Part shown: positions 17,235 to 27,175 of the stretch, piece by piece
Layout: each line of letters begins with the position of its first letter
Numbering within the stretch: the first letter of the stretch is position 1
Source of the DNA: a virus
Taxonomy: Duplodnaviria > Caudoviricetes
DNA: 42,915 nt
Virus record (IMG/VR): IMGVR_UViG_3300033480_000007
Span: 1-42,915 of that record
Direction: 5' to 3' (one strand)
Position numbers and translations under genes: made by a program
Notes under the pieces: model-generated
Databases searched by the model: none
Told to the model about the DNA's origin: nothing
What the model saw: the letters and a program-made list of their open reading frames with translations, nothing else

Positions 17235-18407
17235 TTAACGGGTAGTACCATGCCCCCTACCTGCTCCGCCAGTAGTTGTCGTGCCGCCAGTAGTTGATGT
17301 GGTAGTTTTTGAGAAGTCCAAGCCTGACGTTAAGTTCAGATTATTGATTGAGCTAAACATGCTCAATCCGCTATTCAGTAATTGCACTTGTTGTGCAACG
17401 GCTGCTTGTTTGGTATCCGCATTCATCGTACTTGAATTTTGAATACTGGTAATGGCTTGTACTGTTTGTTGATAAAGCGCACCAGCAGATGAATTGGCCT
17501 GCATAAGCTGATTGTAATTTGCCTGTATTGTTGCAAGCTGTACCTTGTTGGCATTATCCAAACTGTTCAGGACGGCAGTATTCTGCGCATTCTGATTGGC
17601 TACGTTCACAGTATTTGTCTGTGTGGCATTGGATTGTGCAAGCTGCGCTGCCGTAGTAAATTGATTCAGTTCCTGCTGGCTAATCAGTCCAGCATTGAAC
17701 TGTGCTTGTGCGTTGGCTGCTGCCGCATTAGCCTGTGCAACCTGTGTGGCTGCTGCTGCATTGGATTGTGCTACCTGTGTTGCCTGACCGGCATTGTATT
17801 GATTTGTGCTTGTCTCTAATTGAGCCTGCTGAATGGCAGACGTATTAGCCGCTTGCGCATTGGCAAGCTCTGCCTGATTGGTAGCTTGTGCGTTCTGAGA
17901 ATTGACAGTGTTAATTGCGTTTACATCGCCAGTAGCAATTGGTATCGCGTTTTGCAATACTGCATTCTGTGCTGCACCAGCAGCCATAGTTGAATTCAAC
18001 ATGCCATGAGCATTGCTATACTCGTTCGCCATCGCTTCCGCACGCTGCATGATGGGGTCATTCTGCGAAATTATTTTATCTGTTTGGCTGCTCAGTAGTG
18101 TGGGGTCAACTACATTGGTTGAATTGGCATTGGTAGTAGCTCCAATCATTCCAGTAGATGCCTGTGCGGCCTGCGCGGTAGCAGCCTTCGCTTGTGTTGT
18201 AGCTGCTTGTGGTGCAGCAGCCAGAGTAGGCAATGCAGCCATAGCTGGCTTAACCGTAGATACCCAAGGCAAAGTACTGGTTGGGGTTACTACACCATTA
18301 TTAAATTGAGTTCCGCTTGGAGTAACAGTGCCAGAGTCTCCAATGATAGGCCCGGTATTGTCTGGTGTAATCTGATTGCGCGGTAAAGGCGTGTTTGTTG
18401 TTGCCAT
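17235..18407 (-). CDS. Ala/Gln/Asn-rich virion protein
   Basis: Low-complexity helical ORF downstream of the tail nozzle gene; own promoter. Confidence 0.65.
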   Translation of the reverse strand: MATTNTPLPRNQITPDNTGPIIGDSGTVTPSGTQFNNGVVTPTSTLPWVSTVKPAMAALPTLAAAPQAATTQAKAATAQAAQASTGMIGATTNANSTNVVDPTLLSSQTDKIISQNDPIMQRAEAMANEYSNAHGMLNSTMAAGAAQNAVLQNAIPIATGDVNAINTVNSQNAQATNQAELANAQAANTSAIQQAQLETSTNQYNAGQATQVAQSNAAAATQVAQANAAAANAQAQFNAGLISQQELNQFTTAAQLAQSNATQTNTVNVANQNAQNTAVLNSLDNANKVQLATIQANYNQLMQANSSAGALYQQTVQAITSIQNSSTMNADTKQAAVAQQVQLLNSGLSMFSSINNLNLTSGLDFSKTTTSTTGGTTTTGGAGRGHGTTR

Positions 18408-18431
18408 GAATATTCCCCTAATCCCTTGTAC

Positions 18432-18480
18432 ATTGTATCACAAATTGGCCTAAAAAGCAACCATGTTAGTGAGTGCTTAC
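18432..18480 (-). promoter_or_regulatory. Repeated promoter plus operator-like box
   Basis: TTGCTT-17 bp-TACAAT; GTTAGTGAGTGCTTAC at 18465-18480. Confidence 0.75.
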
Positions 18481-20546
18481 CTCTTGTTCCTGCGAGGCGT
18501 GTAATGCAGTATGGCATTGTCAATAGAGAATTGACGGAAGATTGCCGAGTTTGAATTGATGGATATTGCGACACACTCAGATGTACCATTCATCTCAATC
18601 TCTGGCGGATTAGATGCTACACCATCCCAATAAAAACTATCCCAAATAAACGCATCCCAATATGTTGAGGACAGATTGCTGTTGTACGTTGCGAAGGATG
18701 GCTGGAGTATAGTGTAATCACCATATGAAAATGAATAGCCAAAATCAAACTGGCAATATGCCGTGCTGCTTACTCCAAGCTGTGCGTGCCGGTAACGCTT
18801 CAATACCCTTGGAGAATTGGTGGTGTTATATCCCAAGGTAATATGTGCGCTGATAGCCAGCCCATCAAATGATGTTCCCATATCAAGCTGGTACACGAAG
18901 CCATTGTTACTTCCGAAGTAAGTCACTTCATCACCAGTGGATAGCTTCTCCTCAATGATGCATGTTACAGGATTTGGAAAGTACACTGGCATAGACCCGC
19001 CAATGATGGAACTTTGCAAGTATGCATTGGATGCCTGACCGTTGGTTATATATAACCCGTATCCATCACTAAAAAATAATCGGTATTGGCTTTTGCTTCG
19101 ATTCAGAGCAGAACCCACAGTCAATGCACGCTTCAATGGTATGAATTTGTTTACCTTGAATGTGATGGTATCAACAAGGAAGTTTCCATAATTTAGCGTG
19201 GTCTGCATATCAATCACGCCACGGTCATCAAACACGTATGTCTTGCTCATGTTCTGCGAGGTATAATGCAATGCTCCAGCGCCAGTATTCAACGGCACAA
19301 GCGTAAAGGTATTGGAGCCACTAAATCCAACACCATATAGAATGTATGTGTTATTGCGCGTGTACACGCCAAGAGCAGGACTTGATTGATCTCCCGGAAG
19401 TTCAATCAGATTGGTAACAGTACCGCCACAAGCAACAGCACCAGCACCGCTCAGTGCAGTATAATCATACGGCAGTCCGGGAGCGGATAATACAATGGAA
19501 GATAAGATAGCCCATACCGCATAATTCTTGTGTATGCATATGTGCTTCGGTGTGTCTGGTACGGTTGTGGTATGTAACTGAACAAGAATAGTTCCGTCAA
19601 ATTCAAAACCATAATTTACACCATCACAGCCATAGACTCTGGTTGTAGTTTGCGCACCAGAAAAATTACCTATAACAGTTTCAAACCTTCCTCCCGGCAA
19701 CATGGTAATTGCAGATTCAGCACCAGATAAAGTGAATGTGCTGGTAGCTGTGGTTGCAGCACCAGCAGAAAAGCTACCTCCGGACGGCGCAGAGATAATG
19801 AATCTGCCTGCCGCGCTGCCTGTCCACGCTCCACTTTCCAGCACCACGCGCTTAACTGTGGCTGTTACCCCACCTTGAGTGATTGTCTCGCCTTCTGCTG
19901 GTGCTGTAGTGCCAGCAGTAAATGATACTTCATCAAGATATGGTACTAGCGTCCATCCAGATGCAGAAGATTTGTACAGCGCGGCAGCAGTACCGCCAGC
20001 ATTGTTCCTGAATGCGTACACAACATCGTTGTACACGAACACACCAAGTATTGAACCTGAACCGGGTACAGCAGCAATGTGAGTGCGTTGTCTGTCTGCT
20101 GCTAGACCTGTATACGTTGCCACTTCTAATGCTGTAATAGATGCTGGAGCAGTAATGCTTGTGCCAACGGTTGACGCGCCAACCTTGATTGTTTCACCAA
20201 TGGCAAACGAACCAGTTACCTCAGAGCATACAATAAAATTAGAACCAACATACAGAACGTAGCCGGTTGCGCCAGATGAAAAACCTGTAATTGTATTGCC
20301 AACTACAGGAGTGGTTGAGAAAGCGTTTACATATACTAGCGTATATGTCTTGCTGGATGGTGCTGCATGACCATCATATCTTTCATATCCGGCGATACGC
20401 GCATACCCGCCAAGCAGCGAACACTCAAAGTTCAGCGCATCACGCGCTACACCCGTAGGTAGTTGCAGCAATGGCGTAATTTCATCCATGCCACCACCAA
20501 ACAAGATGGTGTCATACTTGATTGGAGGAAAGGAAGATTGCGCCAT
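18477..20546 (-). CDS. Tail nozzle/stabilisation protein
   Basis: 689 aa, beta-rich, GGMDE start, WDAFIWD near C-terminus; follows the adaptor. Confidence 0.7.
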   Translation of the reverse strand: MAQSSFPPIKYDTILFGGGMDEITPLLQLPTGVARDALNFECSLLGGYARIAGYERYDGHAAPSSKTYTLVYVNAFSTTPVVGNTITGFSSGATGYVLYVGSNFIVCSEVTGSFAIGETIKVGASTVGTSITAPASITALEVATYTGLAADRQRTHIAAVPGSGSILGVFVYNDVVYAFRNNAGGTAAALYKSSASGWTLVPYLDEVSFTAGTTAPAEGETITQGGVTATVKRVVLESGAWTGSAAGRFIISAPSGGSFSAGAATTATSTFTLSGAESAITMLPGGRFETVIGNFSGAQTTTRVYGCDGVNYGFEFDGTILVQLHTTTVPDTPKHICIHKNYAVWAILSSIVLSAPGLPYDYTALSGAGAVACGGTVTNLIELPGDQSSPALGVYTRNNTYILYGVGFSGSNTFTLVPLNTGAGALHYTSQNMSKTYVFDDRGVIDMQTTLNYGNFLVDTITFKVNKFIPLKRALTVGSALNRSKSQYRLFFSDGYGLYITNGQASNAYLQSSIIGGSMPVYFPNPVTCIIEEKLSTGDEVTYFGSNNGFVYQLDMGTSFDGLAISAHITLGYNTTNSPRVLKRYRHAQLGVSSTAYCQFDFGYSFSYGDYTILQPSFATYNSNLSSTYWDAFIWDSFYWDGVASNPPEIEMNGTSECVAISINSNSAIFRQFSIDNAILHYTPRRNKR

Positions 20547-20551
20547 GATGT

Positions 20552-21295
20552 TTATGCCAATGGTTGAGGCAGTTGAATATCTGGCAGTTGTTCATCTTCC
20601 AATTTTTTCATCAGTAGCTTGCTTGCTTTCGTGGCACGTTGAACAACCTCTGGCGCGGCCTCATAGTATCCATATTGTTCCAGCGCATACCAAACTAGCA
20701 GCATATGATACTTTGCAGGGAAAGCAGGATAGTCTGCATCAGCAGACATAAGAATCGGTGCTTTGTAATAAATTCCATCCACAGTGAATACATCATTTGG
20801 TGTCAACCCTAAAAGTAATGATCTGTTCGGAGCTACACAGATAGATACTGGACGCGCAGATGTTATGCGCTTGCTGCCAAAAATGTAATAGTCTCGAAAA
20901 TCTGTATAGCTCAGACTACCATCAAGAAAAGTCTCATTGCGAGTACCGGCAGAAGCAAGATAGATACGGAAGGATGAATCACCCGTAGTTGAGGTAAGTT
21001 TCCAACGCTGGAAGTCTGCCAAGCCAACGCTTGACGGCGTGGTGAATGTGGTTGTTGCTGGCGCGTATTCCTGTTGGCCCGCGATAGTGTTGAACACTAC
21101 ATCAGCCTCCATCCAGTTCCAATCATCACGCGCATTCTGAACGTCAAGATACGCCTGTGCAATCCAATCACACAGGCGTTTCCATTCTCCAGTAGCACCA
21201 ACTACGGTGGACTTTGCCGCACCACTCGTACCGCTTTCCTGTTGCAGCCGGGTAACGAGTTGCAGAAAAGTCATGTTACCAACAACGGCTCCCAT
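20552..21295 (-). CDS. Head-tail adaptor protein
   Basis: MTFLQLVTRL (alternative start 21274), DWNWM, FPAKYHMLLVWYAL motifs; synteny. Confidence 0.75.
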   Translation of the reverse strand: MGAVVGNMTFLQLVTRLQQESGTSGAAKSTVVGATGEWKRLCDWIAQAYLDVQNARDDWNWMEADVVFNTIAGQQEYAPATTTFTTPSSVGLADFQRWKLTSTTGDSSFRIYLASAGTRNETFLDGSLSYTDFRDYYIFGSKRITSARPVSICVAPNRSLLLGLTPNDVFTVDGIYYKAPILMSADADYPAFPAKYHMLLVWYALEQYGYYEAAPEVVQRATKASKLLMKKLEDEQLPDIQLPQPLA

Positions 21296-21300
21296 GACGT

Positions 21301-21798
21301 TTAGCCTCTAGTCAGAAGCTGGCGCAGCCATTCCTTGCCTTTTGGGTTATCATCTTGCAGTTGGAAAGGAAACTCCAGAGAGCGGTGCTGATTCAGTTCC
21401 GTTACGTCCTCACCAAGATTGTTCTTGCGCTGCTTGGTTGTGACACGAACCAACGGGCTGCACAAGCATTCCACAAACTTACGCTTGATTTTTGTTGGTA
21501 CGCCACGCTTGATAAATACTTGCTTGCCGTTGCATGATACTGGAACCGGGTCACGGGGGAACTCGCTGGTATCTTGCGCAATCGTAATTTCAACAATTTC
21601 TTCATTGAACTTCAATTGCTCAGTATAGTCTCTGTCAATGTCACCAGCCAGCACAACTTCCTCAGTCTCTGGTTGCAGAATCTGCGAAGTAACAAGATGG
21701 TCAATCTCTGCTACTGCGCTCGTGGTTTGCGTGCGCTCTGCCAAATCTTCCGTCTTGATATTTACTCTTGCTCTACGCACACCTTTTGTTTCAGCCAT
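21301..21798 (-). CDS. Conserved-type phage morphogenesis protein
   Basis: Start MAETK with AGGAG SD; PVSCNG..IKRG...RKFVE. Confidence 0.7.
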   Translation of the reverse strand: MAETKGVRRARVNIKTEDLAERTQTTSAVAEIDHLVTSQILQPETEEVVLAGDIDRDYTEQLKFNEEIVEITIAQDTSEFPRDPVPVSCNGKQVFIKRGVPTKIKRKFVECLCSPLVRVTTKQRKNNLGEDVTELNQHRSLEFPFQLQDDNPKGKEWLRQLLTRG

Positions 21799-21816
21799 TT
21801 TGTTTCTCCTGTGTGT

Positions 21817-21862
21817 AAAAAAATAACCGGGTAACTGCCATCTCGGGATAACAGCCCCGGTC
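21817..21862 (-). terminator. Rho-independent terminator
   Basis: CCGGGGCTGTTATC...GGCAGTTACCCGG followed by TTATTTTTT on the minus strand. Confidence 0.65.
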
Positions 21863-21965
21863 AAAGTGAAGGGTGTGTCTCTTGCCGAACACTTATCTCC
21901 ACACAAATCGCCGTGTTCTCACGGCTTGCTAGGCGGTTCTGATGCCGCCATTCCCATCCCAAGGA

Positions 21966-22463
21966 TTATGCTACTTGGGCGCGGTCAGGCAACGCCACAA
22001 TATCTTGTGTGGCGTATGTCATGCCTGTGGTATTCCAGTTGTCAGTTCCCGGCTGGAATGATGCGGCAACGAATGTAGAGCCTGCCTTGGCAATGATATA
22101 GGCCAACGGGCAGAAGTCGCTAGGCAGTTGCGGAAACTTGGGGGCAAAGTAAAAGTTACCGTGCGCATCCAATGTCTCAACCGAGCCTTGCACAGCTACA
22201 ACATCAGTGGTAGTTGCGCTGGAGCCTCCCAACACAAACACCGTACCTGTATTAGCCTTGGTCAATCCAACAAAATTCACACCGGTATTTGCATCAACCA
22301 CAGGGAATGTAGTGCCTCCAGTGATTGAATACACCTTGCCGTTTATAACATAAGGGCGTACTGCCGTGAATGCATATGTGATCGCACCACCAGTAATGCC
22401 GCTCAACCCCAACTTGCTCAACCCAACCGTGAGGCCAGCAATATCTTGTGCTTTTGATTCCAT
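21966..22463 (-). CDS. Capsid-accessory/decoration-like protein, paralog 5
   Basis: Clear similarity to the 22477 and 22981 ORFs (INGK, P.FP.LP.DFCP, WNTTGM). Confidence 0.7.
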   Translation of the reverse strand: MESKAQDIAGLTVGLSKLGLSGITGGAITYAFTAVRPYVINGKVYSITGGTTFPVVDANTGVNFVGLTKANTGTVFVLGGSSATTTDVVAVQGSVETLDAHGNFYFAPKFPQLPSDFCPLAYIIAKAGSTFVAASFQPGTDNWNTTGMTYATQDIVALPDRAQVA

Positions 22464-22476
22464 GTGTTTCTCTCCC

Positions 22477-22971
22477 TTACGCTACTTGAGGTTTATCTGG
22501 CAATGCGCCAATATTTTGGATGGCTTCTGTTACGCCTGTCTGATTCCACAAGCCTGTGCCAATAACAAATGGCGCAGCCAGTGTGCTACCCGCCTTAATG
22601 ACGATATATGCCATCGGGCAAAAGTCTTCCGGTAGAGCAGGAAATGATGGGGGTATCCTGAACGTGCCAAGCTCTGCATCAAGCTTTTCCACCGAGCCTT
22701 GCGAGGCTTGTACAGCCAATGCTGCATTAGACCCTACCACCACAACCGTACCAGTGTTTGCAGCAAGCAATCCCACGAATGGCAAGCCAGTTGTGGCATC
22801 CAGCGTTGGAAAGTTCTGCGTGGTTTTACTGGCAAAAGTATATGCTTTCCCATTTATAGCAAAAGGCGTAGCAGACGCAGAATAAGTGTGTGTTGCTTGT
22901 CCAGATATGGCTGTCAGCCCAATATTACCAAGAGCAACAGTTATACCAGCACAATCGTTAGCTTTTTCCAT
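22477..22971 (-). CDS. Capsid-accessory/decoration-like protein, paralog 4
   Basis: Same motifs as neighbours. Confidence 0.7.
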   Translation of the reverse strand: MEKANDCAGITVALGNIGLTAISGQATHTYSASATPFAINGKAYTFASKTTQNFPTLDATTGLPFVGLLAANTGTVVVVGSNAALAVQASQGSVEKLDAELGTFRIPPSFPALPEDFCPMAYIVIKAGSTLAAPFVIGTGLWNQTGVTEAIQNIGALPDKPQVA

Positions 22972-22980
22972 ATCGCCCCC

Positions 22981-23478
22981 TTATGCAATCTGCGGCAAAT
23001 CAGGCAGCGCGATAATGTCAACAACGCTATAACTCATGCCGGTTGTGTTCCATACCTCAGTACCGGGACGCGCAATCGTTGCCACAAATGTTGAACCTGC
23101 TTTTGCTACAATGTAAGACAACGGGCAGAAGTTATTTGGCAAGGACGGGAACTGCGGAGCGAAACGCAGATTACCTTCCGTGTCAAGTGCCACTACAGTA
23201 CCCTGTGCCGCCACGATAGTACTACCACCAGATTGCACACCAACCACATAAACAGTTGCCGTATTCGCCTTGGTCAAGCCAGAGAACTTAACGCCAGTGT
23301 TAATGTCAAGCGTTGGAAACGCCGTGGTGGTCTGACCAGTAAGCGTACCAGTCTTTCCGTTAATTGCGTAGTTTGTTGCCACGCTTGAGTAAGTTGTTGC
23401 AGCACCAGAGATACCGGACAGAGCCAGTACGCCCAATCCGATTGTGATACCTGCAACGTCAATTTGTTTGCATTCCAT
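22981..23478 (-). CDS. Capsid-accessory/decoration-like protein, paralog 3
   Basis: Same motifs as neighbours. Confidence 0.7.
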   Translation of the reverse strand: MECKQIDVAGITIGLGVLALSGISGAATTYSSVATNYAINGKTGTLTGQTTTAFPTLDINTGVKFSGLTKANTATVYVVGVQSGGSTIVAAQGTVVALDTEGNLRFAPQFPSLPNNFCPLSYIVAKAGSTFVATIARPGTEVWNTTGMSYSVVDIIALPDLPQIA

Positions 23479-23489
23479 GCTCGTTCCCC

Positions 23490-24008
23490 TTAGAGTTTCA
23501 TAGTCAGGTCAAATGCCCCAACCGTATTCACGAACACAGCATTTGGAGCCTTGGTTACATCATCCAAATTGGTTGTTCCGCCAACAAAGTCACCAGTGCC
23601 GGTTGGATTGATAACGACAAAGCCAAGCAATGCGCTACCAACAGGAGTAGCCGGGAATATAACCAAGTCCAAGCTTGCTCCGGCAGTACCCATAGCAGAC
23701 GTTACCGTACCTGCATTGTCAACGAAGAATGCAAATACATTGAACGCTGCATGCGCAACAGTACCTACCAATGCTGGAAGGTCTGCGGCTGCTGCAACAG
23801 CAACCAGCTTACCTCCAGCTACGCCAATCCACTCATTCACTGTGGCTGCTGTTGGAGATGCGCTACCGCCCTTGATAGCAATCCCGGCATCTGTTAATGA
23901 TTGAGAACTAAACCTGTCATATAGTGCTTTATACAGGGCCGTGAGAGCCACCTTCTGCGCGTTATCGTGGAAGGTGGCTGCGCTAGTTATAATAACTGGT
24001 GCTGACAT
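23490..24008 (-). CDS. Capsid-accessory/decoration-like protein, paralog 2
   Basis: Shares FNVFAFFVD.AGTVTSAMGTAGA with the 24018 ORF. Confidence 0.7.
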   Translation of the reverse strand: MSAPVIITSAATFHDNAQKVALTALYKALYDRFSSQSLTDAGIAIKGGSASPTAATVNEWIGVAGGKLVAVAAAADLPALVGTVAHAAFNVFAFFVDNAGTVTSAMGTAGASLDLVIFPATPVGSALLGFVVINPTGTGDFVGGTTNLDDVTKAPNAVFVNTVGAFDLTMKL

Positions 24009-24017
24009 AGTATCCCC

Positions 24018-24533
24018 TTAGATTGTCATAGTTGGGTCAAATGCACCAACTACGTTGTAATACTTCGTAGCCGGTATAACAGTAACGTCATCCAAGTCAG
24101 TAGAACCACCAGTAAAGGTTTGCGCGGTTGTCGGATTGACTGTGATAAATCCAAGCAGAGCCTTGCCTGCTGGCAATGGCGGGAATACAACCAAGTCCAG
24201 AGTTGCGCCTGCCGTACCCATCGCAGATGTAACCGTACCGGCACTATCCACAAAGAACGCGAACACATTAAACTGTGTGGCTGCTACAGTTCCAGACAGT
24301 GCTGGCATAGCCGTACCTGATGCTTTGTAAACCAGAACGCCGTTTGCTACACCAACCCAATTAGCTCCAGTCTTTGGAACTTTCTTGGATACTGTACCAA
24401 TGACCAAACCGGCAGAAGTAAGCGATTGCGAACTCATGCGGTCATACAGGGCATTAAACAGATTGATGAGAGCTACTTTCTGCGCAGTATCATGGAACGA
24501 TGCTGCTGATGTTGCGATTGTTGGTGCTGCCAT
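24018..24533 (-). CDS. Capsid-accessory/decoration-like protein, paralog 1
   Basis: Immediately after the major capsid gene; beta-rich. Confidence 0.7.
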   Translation of the reverse strand: MAAPTIATSAASFHDTAQKVALINLFNALYDRMSSQSLTSAGLVIGTVSKKVPKTGANWVGVANGVLVYKASGTAMPALSGTVAATQFNVFAFFVDSAGTVTSAMGTAGATLDLVVFPPLPAGKALLGFITVNPTTAQTFTGGSTDLDDVTVIPATKYYNVVGAFDPTMTI

Positions 24534-24551
24534 AATTGCTATCTCCTAAAG

Positions 24552-24579
24552 TTAGAAAGGGGCGGCTTTCACCGCCCCT
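24552..24579 (-). terminator. Terminator after the major capsid gene
   Basis: AGGGGCGG-TGAAAG-CCGCCCCT then TTCT. Confidence 0.65.
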
Positions 24580-24585
24580 GTTTCA

Positions 24586-25650
24586 TTACGCAGTTGTGCC
24601 GGTTTCAACAATCGCCACGTGGTCAGAGTTTGTGACCAGCGCGTTAAACCAGTTCTTTGCAGAGATGTAGCCACGCTGCCCGGCAGGGTCAGACTTGCTG
24701 ACTTGCCCCGGAAGCAACACGTTTGGCGATACACCATTCACACCGCTTGCATTCTTCATGGAAATTGAACCCCATGCATCAGCACCAGCAACAATGACTT
24801 GGTATACGTCAATGTTTACACCGAGGTTGGATGCGAGGCCTGTAGAGCCAACCGCCGCACCACCATCAAACACAGCAGGCAGGTCTGGAGAGGTCACGAA
24901 ACGCATACCTTCCACAGCACCAACTTCACCCGGAATGCGTGCAGCACCTTGCGCATAGTCCACAGCGTCCTTGAATTTTGGCAGGTCATAAATGTCCTGA
25001 TTCAAGTCAGTGTGAGCATACACCATAAAGGCAGCTTGCACTGCTACCGAGCCATACTCAACACCCGGTTTCAGGATGGAGGTAACTTGGTTAGCGTGGT
25101 GTGCCAACAGATACTTGACAACCTTGCGCAGCAGGGAAAGTGTGAGCTTTCCATTCACGGTGGCGCGGCTTGTGCCTGTACCAGCGTAGAACTTGTTGGT
25201 GCTGGCCTTGATAGCGCCGAAGCGAATCATCTCGCGTGCCAAACCGAGTTGCTGGCCTGTTTGCAGCTTGTACTCGGTAGGTACATCATCCTCGTATTGA
25301 TCTGCCATCTTATCGGAGAACCCGAACAGGATAACCAGTTCTTGCAGCGTCACAGGATAGTCCTGCGCGGTCAAACTAAGTGCGTTTGGTGTCACGCCTT
25401 CCGATGCAACATATTGCTGCACGAATGCATTGCCACGGTCAACAGCAGTGGTTGTTGGGAAAAACAAGTTTTCGTTTGTGGAATTAGCAGGAATCCAACG
25501 GCGGAACACAACGGTATCTCCTTTGTTCTTTGGTACATCTTTTTGAATACCGATGTTACCAGTTACTTCCTTGGGTTCTGCGTGCTTGAGAATCTGACCA
25601 AGCAGTTTGTTGATACGGCCCGGTTGCGATGCATAGTTCTGAAATGCCAT
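24586..25650 (-). CDS. Major capsid protein (N4-gp56-like family)
   Basis: PKNKGDTVVFRR, EGVTP, GEVGAVEGMRFV, SKSDPAGQRGY motifs. Confidence 0.88.
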   Translation of the reverse strand: MAFQNYASQPGRINKLLGQILKHAEPKEVTGNIGIQKDVPKNKGDTVVFRRWIPANSTNENLFFPTTTAVDRGNAFVQQYVASEGVTPNALSLTAQDYPVTLQELVILFGFSDKMADQYEDDVPTEYKLQTGQQLGLAREMIRFGAIKASTNKFYAGTGTSRATVNGKLTLSLLRKVVKYLLAHHANQVTSILKPGVEYGSVAVQAAFMVYAHTDLNQDIYDLPKFKDAVDYAQGAARIPGEVGAVEGMRFVTSPDLPAVFDGGAAVGSTGLASNLGVNIDVYQVIVAGADAWGSISMKNASGVNGVSPNVLLPGQVSKSDPAGQRGYISAKNWFNALVTNSDHVAIVETGTTA

Positions 25651-25673
25651 TTTGATGCTCCCTGTTCTTATTG

Positions 25674-26648
25674 TTATCGGGACTCGTTATATCCCTCAAG
25701 TTGTTCTTGTAATGCTGACTTCGTTGTGACCGAGCCTGACACGCCTTGTTGCTGCGCGGCTGTCTCTAGCCGGTGTGGTGTATGTCGTACCTGTCTCTTA
25801 GATGCCGCTTCCTTCGCATCAGCTTCCGCCTTGGCTTTCGCATCAGCTTCCGCTTTCAAATGTTCCTTATACGCACCAATCTTGTCAGAAAGAAATTCAA
25901 AATCCCAAGAGTTATAAAGCTTTTCACGGTCTGCATCAGTAAGGTTTTCCGACCACTTCACAAAGGCCGGGTTAAAGCCTGCGTCATTACCTGCTGCATC
26001 CTGCACGCGCACTACTGTGCGCCAGTCTTTATGTTCGCGGTTGAGCATTTTCAGTTCAAGTTTCTGTGTAGCCTTCGCCAATCTATCTTCAATTTCTTTG
26101 GCTGTGTCTACAACTTCGGCGGCTGGCTTACCATCATCCTGCTTGGGAGCCTTACCACCCAACTTGCTACCAAACTTGTTAAGAACACCGAGCATTGCCT
26201 TAGCAAATTCCGGTGAGTATTCCTTTTCAAGTTCGGCTACATCTTCCTCGGTCAGAGCAATCCCGGTTGTCTGGTTGGCTGACAGCTTATCTAATGCCTG
26301 CTGTATGCTTCCAAACTTTCCGTACACTTTGCTCAGTTCGCCCCTTACGGAGTCATACTGTTCTGCCTTCTTCAACAGTTCAGTAATCTGTGCTTCTGTG
26401 TACCCGGCAATTACTGGCTTTGCAGCTTGCGCTGCGGCCTCTGCTGCCTTGGTTTCTGCTTCCGCTTTCTCTTGTGCTTCTTTAGCTGCTGCATCATCTG
26501 TAACGGCTTGCGCGGCTGCTTCCGCTGTCTGCGCCGGTTCAGGTGTCGTATCGGCCCCTGAGAACCCTTCCATCTGTGCTGCTAGTGCTTCTTCTGGTGT
26601 GATCGTTGGTACAACTTCATCTTGCGATACATCATCTTGTTCAGACAT
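25674..26648 (-). CDS. Capsid scaffolding protein
   Basis: Acidic, Ala/Glu-rich, directly upstream of the major capsid gene. Confidence 0.65.
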   Translation of the reverse strand: MSEQDDVSQDEVVPTITPEEALAAQMEGFSGADTTPEPAQTAEAAAQAVTDDAAAKEAQEKAEAETKAAEAAAQAAKPVIAGYTEAQITELLKKAEQYDSVRGELSKVYGKFGSIQQALDKLSANQTTGIALTEEDVAELEKEYSPEFAKAMLGVLNKFGSKLGGKAPKQDDGKPAAEVVDTAKEIEDRLAKATQKLELKMLNREHKDWRTVVRVQDAAGNDAGFNPAFVKWSENLTDADREKLYNSWDFEFLSDKIGAYKEHLKAEADAKAKAEADAKEAASKRQVRHTPHRLETAAQQQGVSGSVTTKSALQEQLEGYNESR

Positions 26649-26859
26649 TTTTTACTTCTCCCCAAACGGCTTGTAAGTCATTGGTTGCTGCGTGTGGGCG
26701 CGAACGTCCACGATTCTTACCTGCAAGCAGGATAATATTTGTGATGGCTGATGTTATGGTCAGTGGTATCGCGCTGTCTGAGTGCGCAGCATACGTGGCT
26801 TTTATGGGTTGCTCAGAGCGTACCGGACAGCTTTGGCGGCTGCACAACCACCACAAATA

Positions 26860-27078
26860 TTATTCTTCTTCTGGTTGTTCTTCTTGTTTGTTACCTAGCT
26901 TTTGCAGTTCTTTCAATAACGCAATCTTGCCACGAATGAACTGCGTACCTTCCTCGGTTTGCTTTGGAGAATCATTACGGACACGTTCGCGTTGCAGCAA
27001 ATCTTCGTAGTGCTTCTGAATCTTTATCCACAAAGAACTATGCCGTTCCTGTGCAGTAAGTTCAAATTGATTTTCCAT
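26860..27078 (-). CDS. Small head-morphogenesis protein (Bbp19-like position)
   Basis: T.FIRGKIALLKEL motif; lies between portal and scaffold. Confidence 0.65.
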   Translation of the reverse strand: MENQFELTAQERHSSLWIKIQKHYEDLLQRERVRNDSPKQTEEGTQFIRGKIALLKELQKLGNKQEEQPEEE

Positions 27079-27085
27079 GTTCGCT

Positions 27086-27126
27086 ATTGTATCACAAGTT
27101 AAAGAAAAAAGCAAGTACTTACTAAC
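27086..27126 (-). promoter_or_regulatory. Repeated promoter plus operator-like box
   Basis: GTTAGTAAGTAC-TTGCTT-17 bp-TACAAT. Confidence 0.75.
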
Positions 27127-27146
27127 ATAAATATAGCATATTTAAA

Positions 27147-27175
27147 TTGACATAATCCGCATGTTTTAGTACAAT
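27147..27175 (+). promoter_or_regulatory. Divergent sigma70 promoter of a moron
   Basis: TTGACA-17 bp-TACAAT. Confidence 0.75.

Noticed and set aside
24799-25917. 372-aa + strand ORF
   Set aside because: Antisense shadow of the capsid and scaffold genes with no recognisable motifs
26734-26861. Hammerhead ribozyme
   Set aside because: The CUGANGA and GAAA core is not present in the required arrangement
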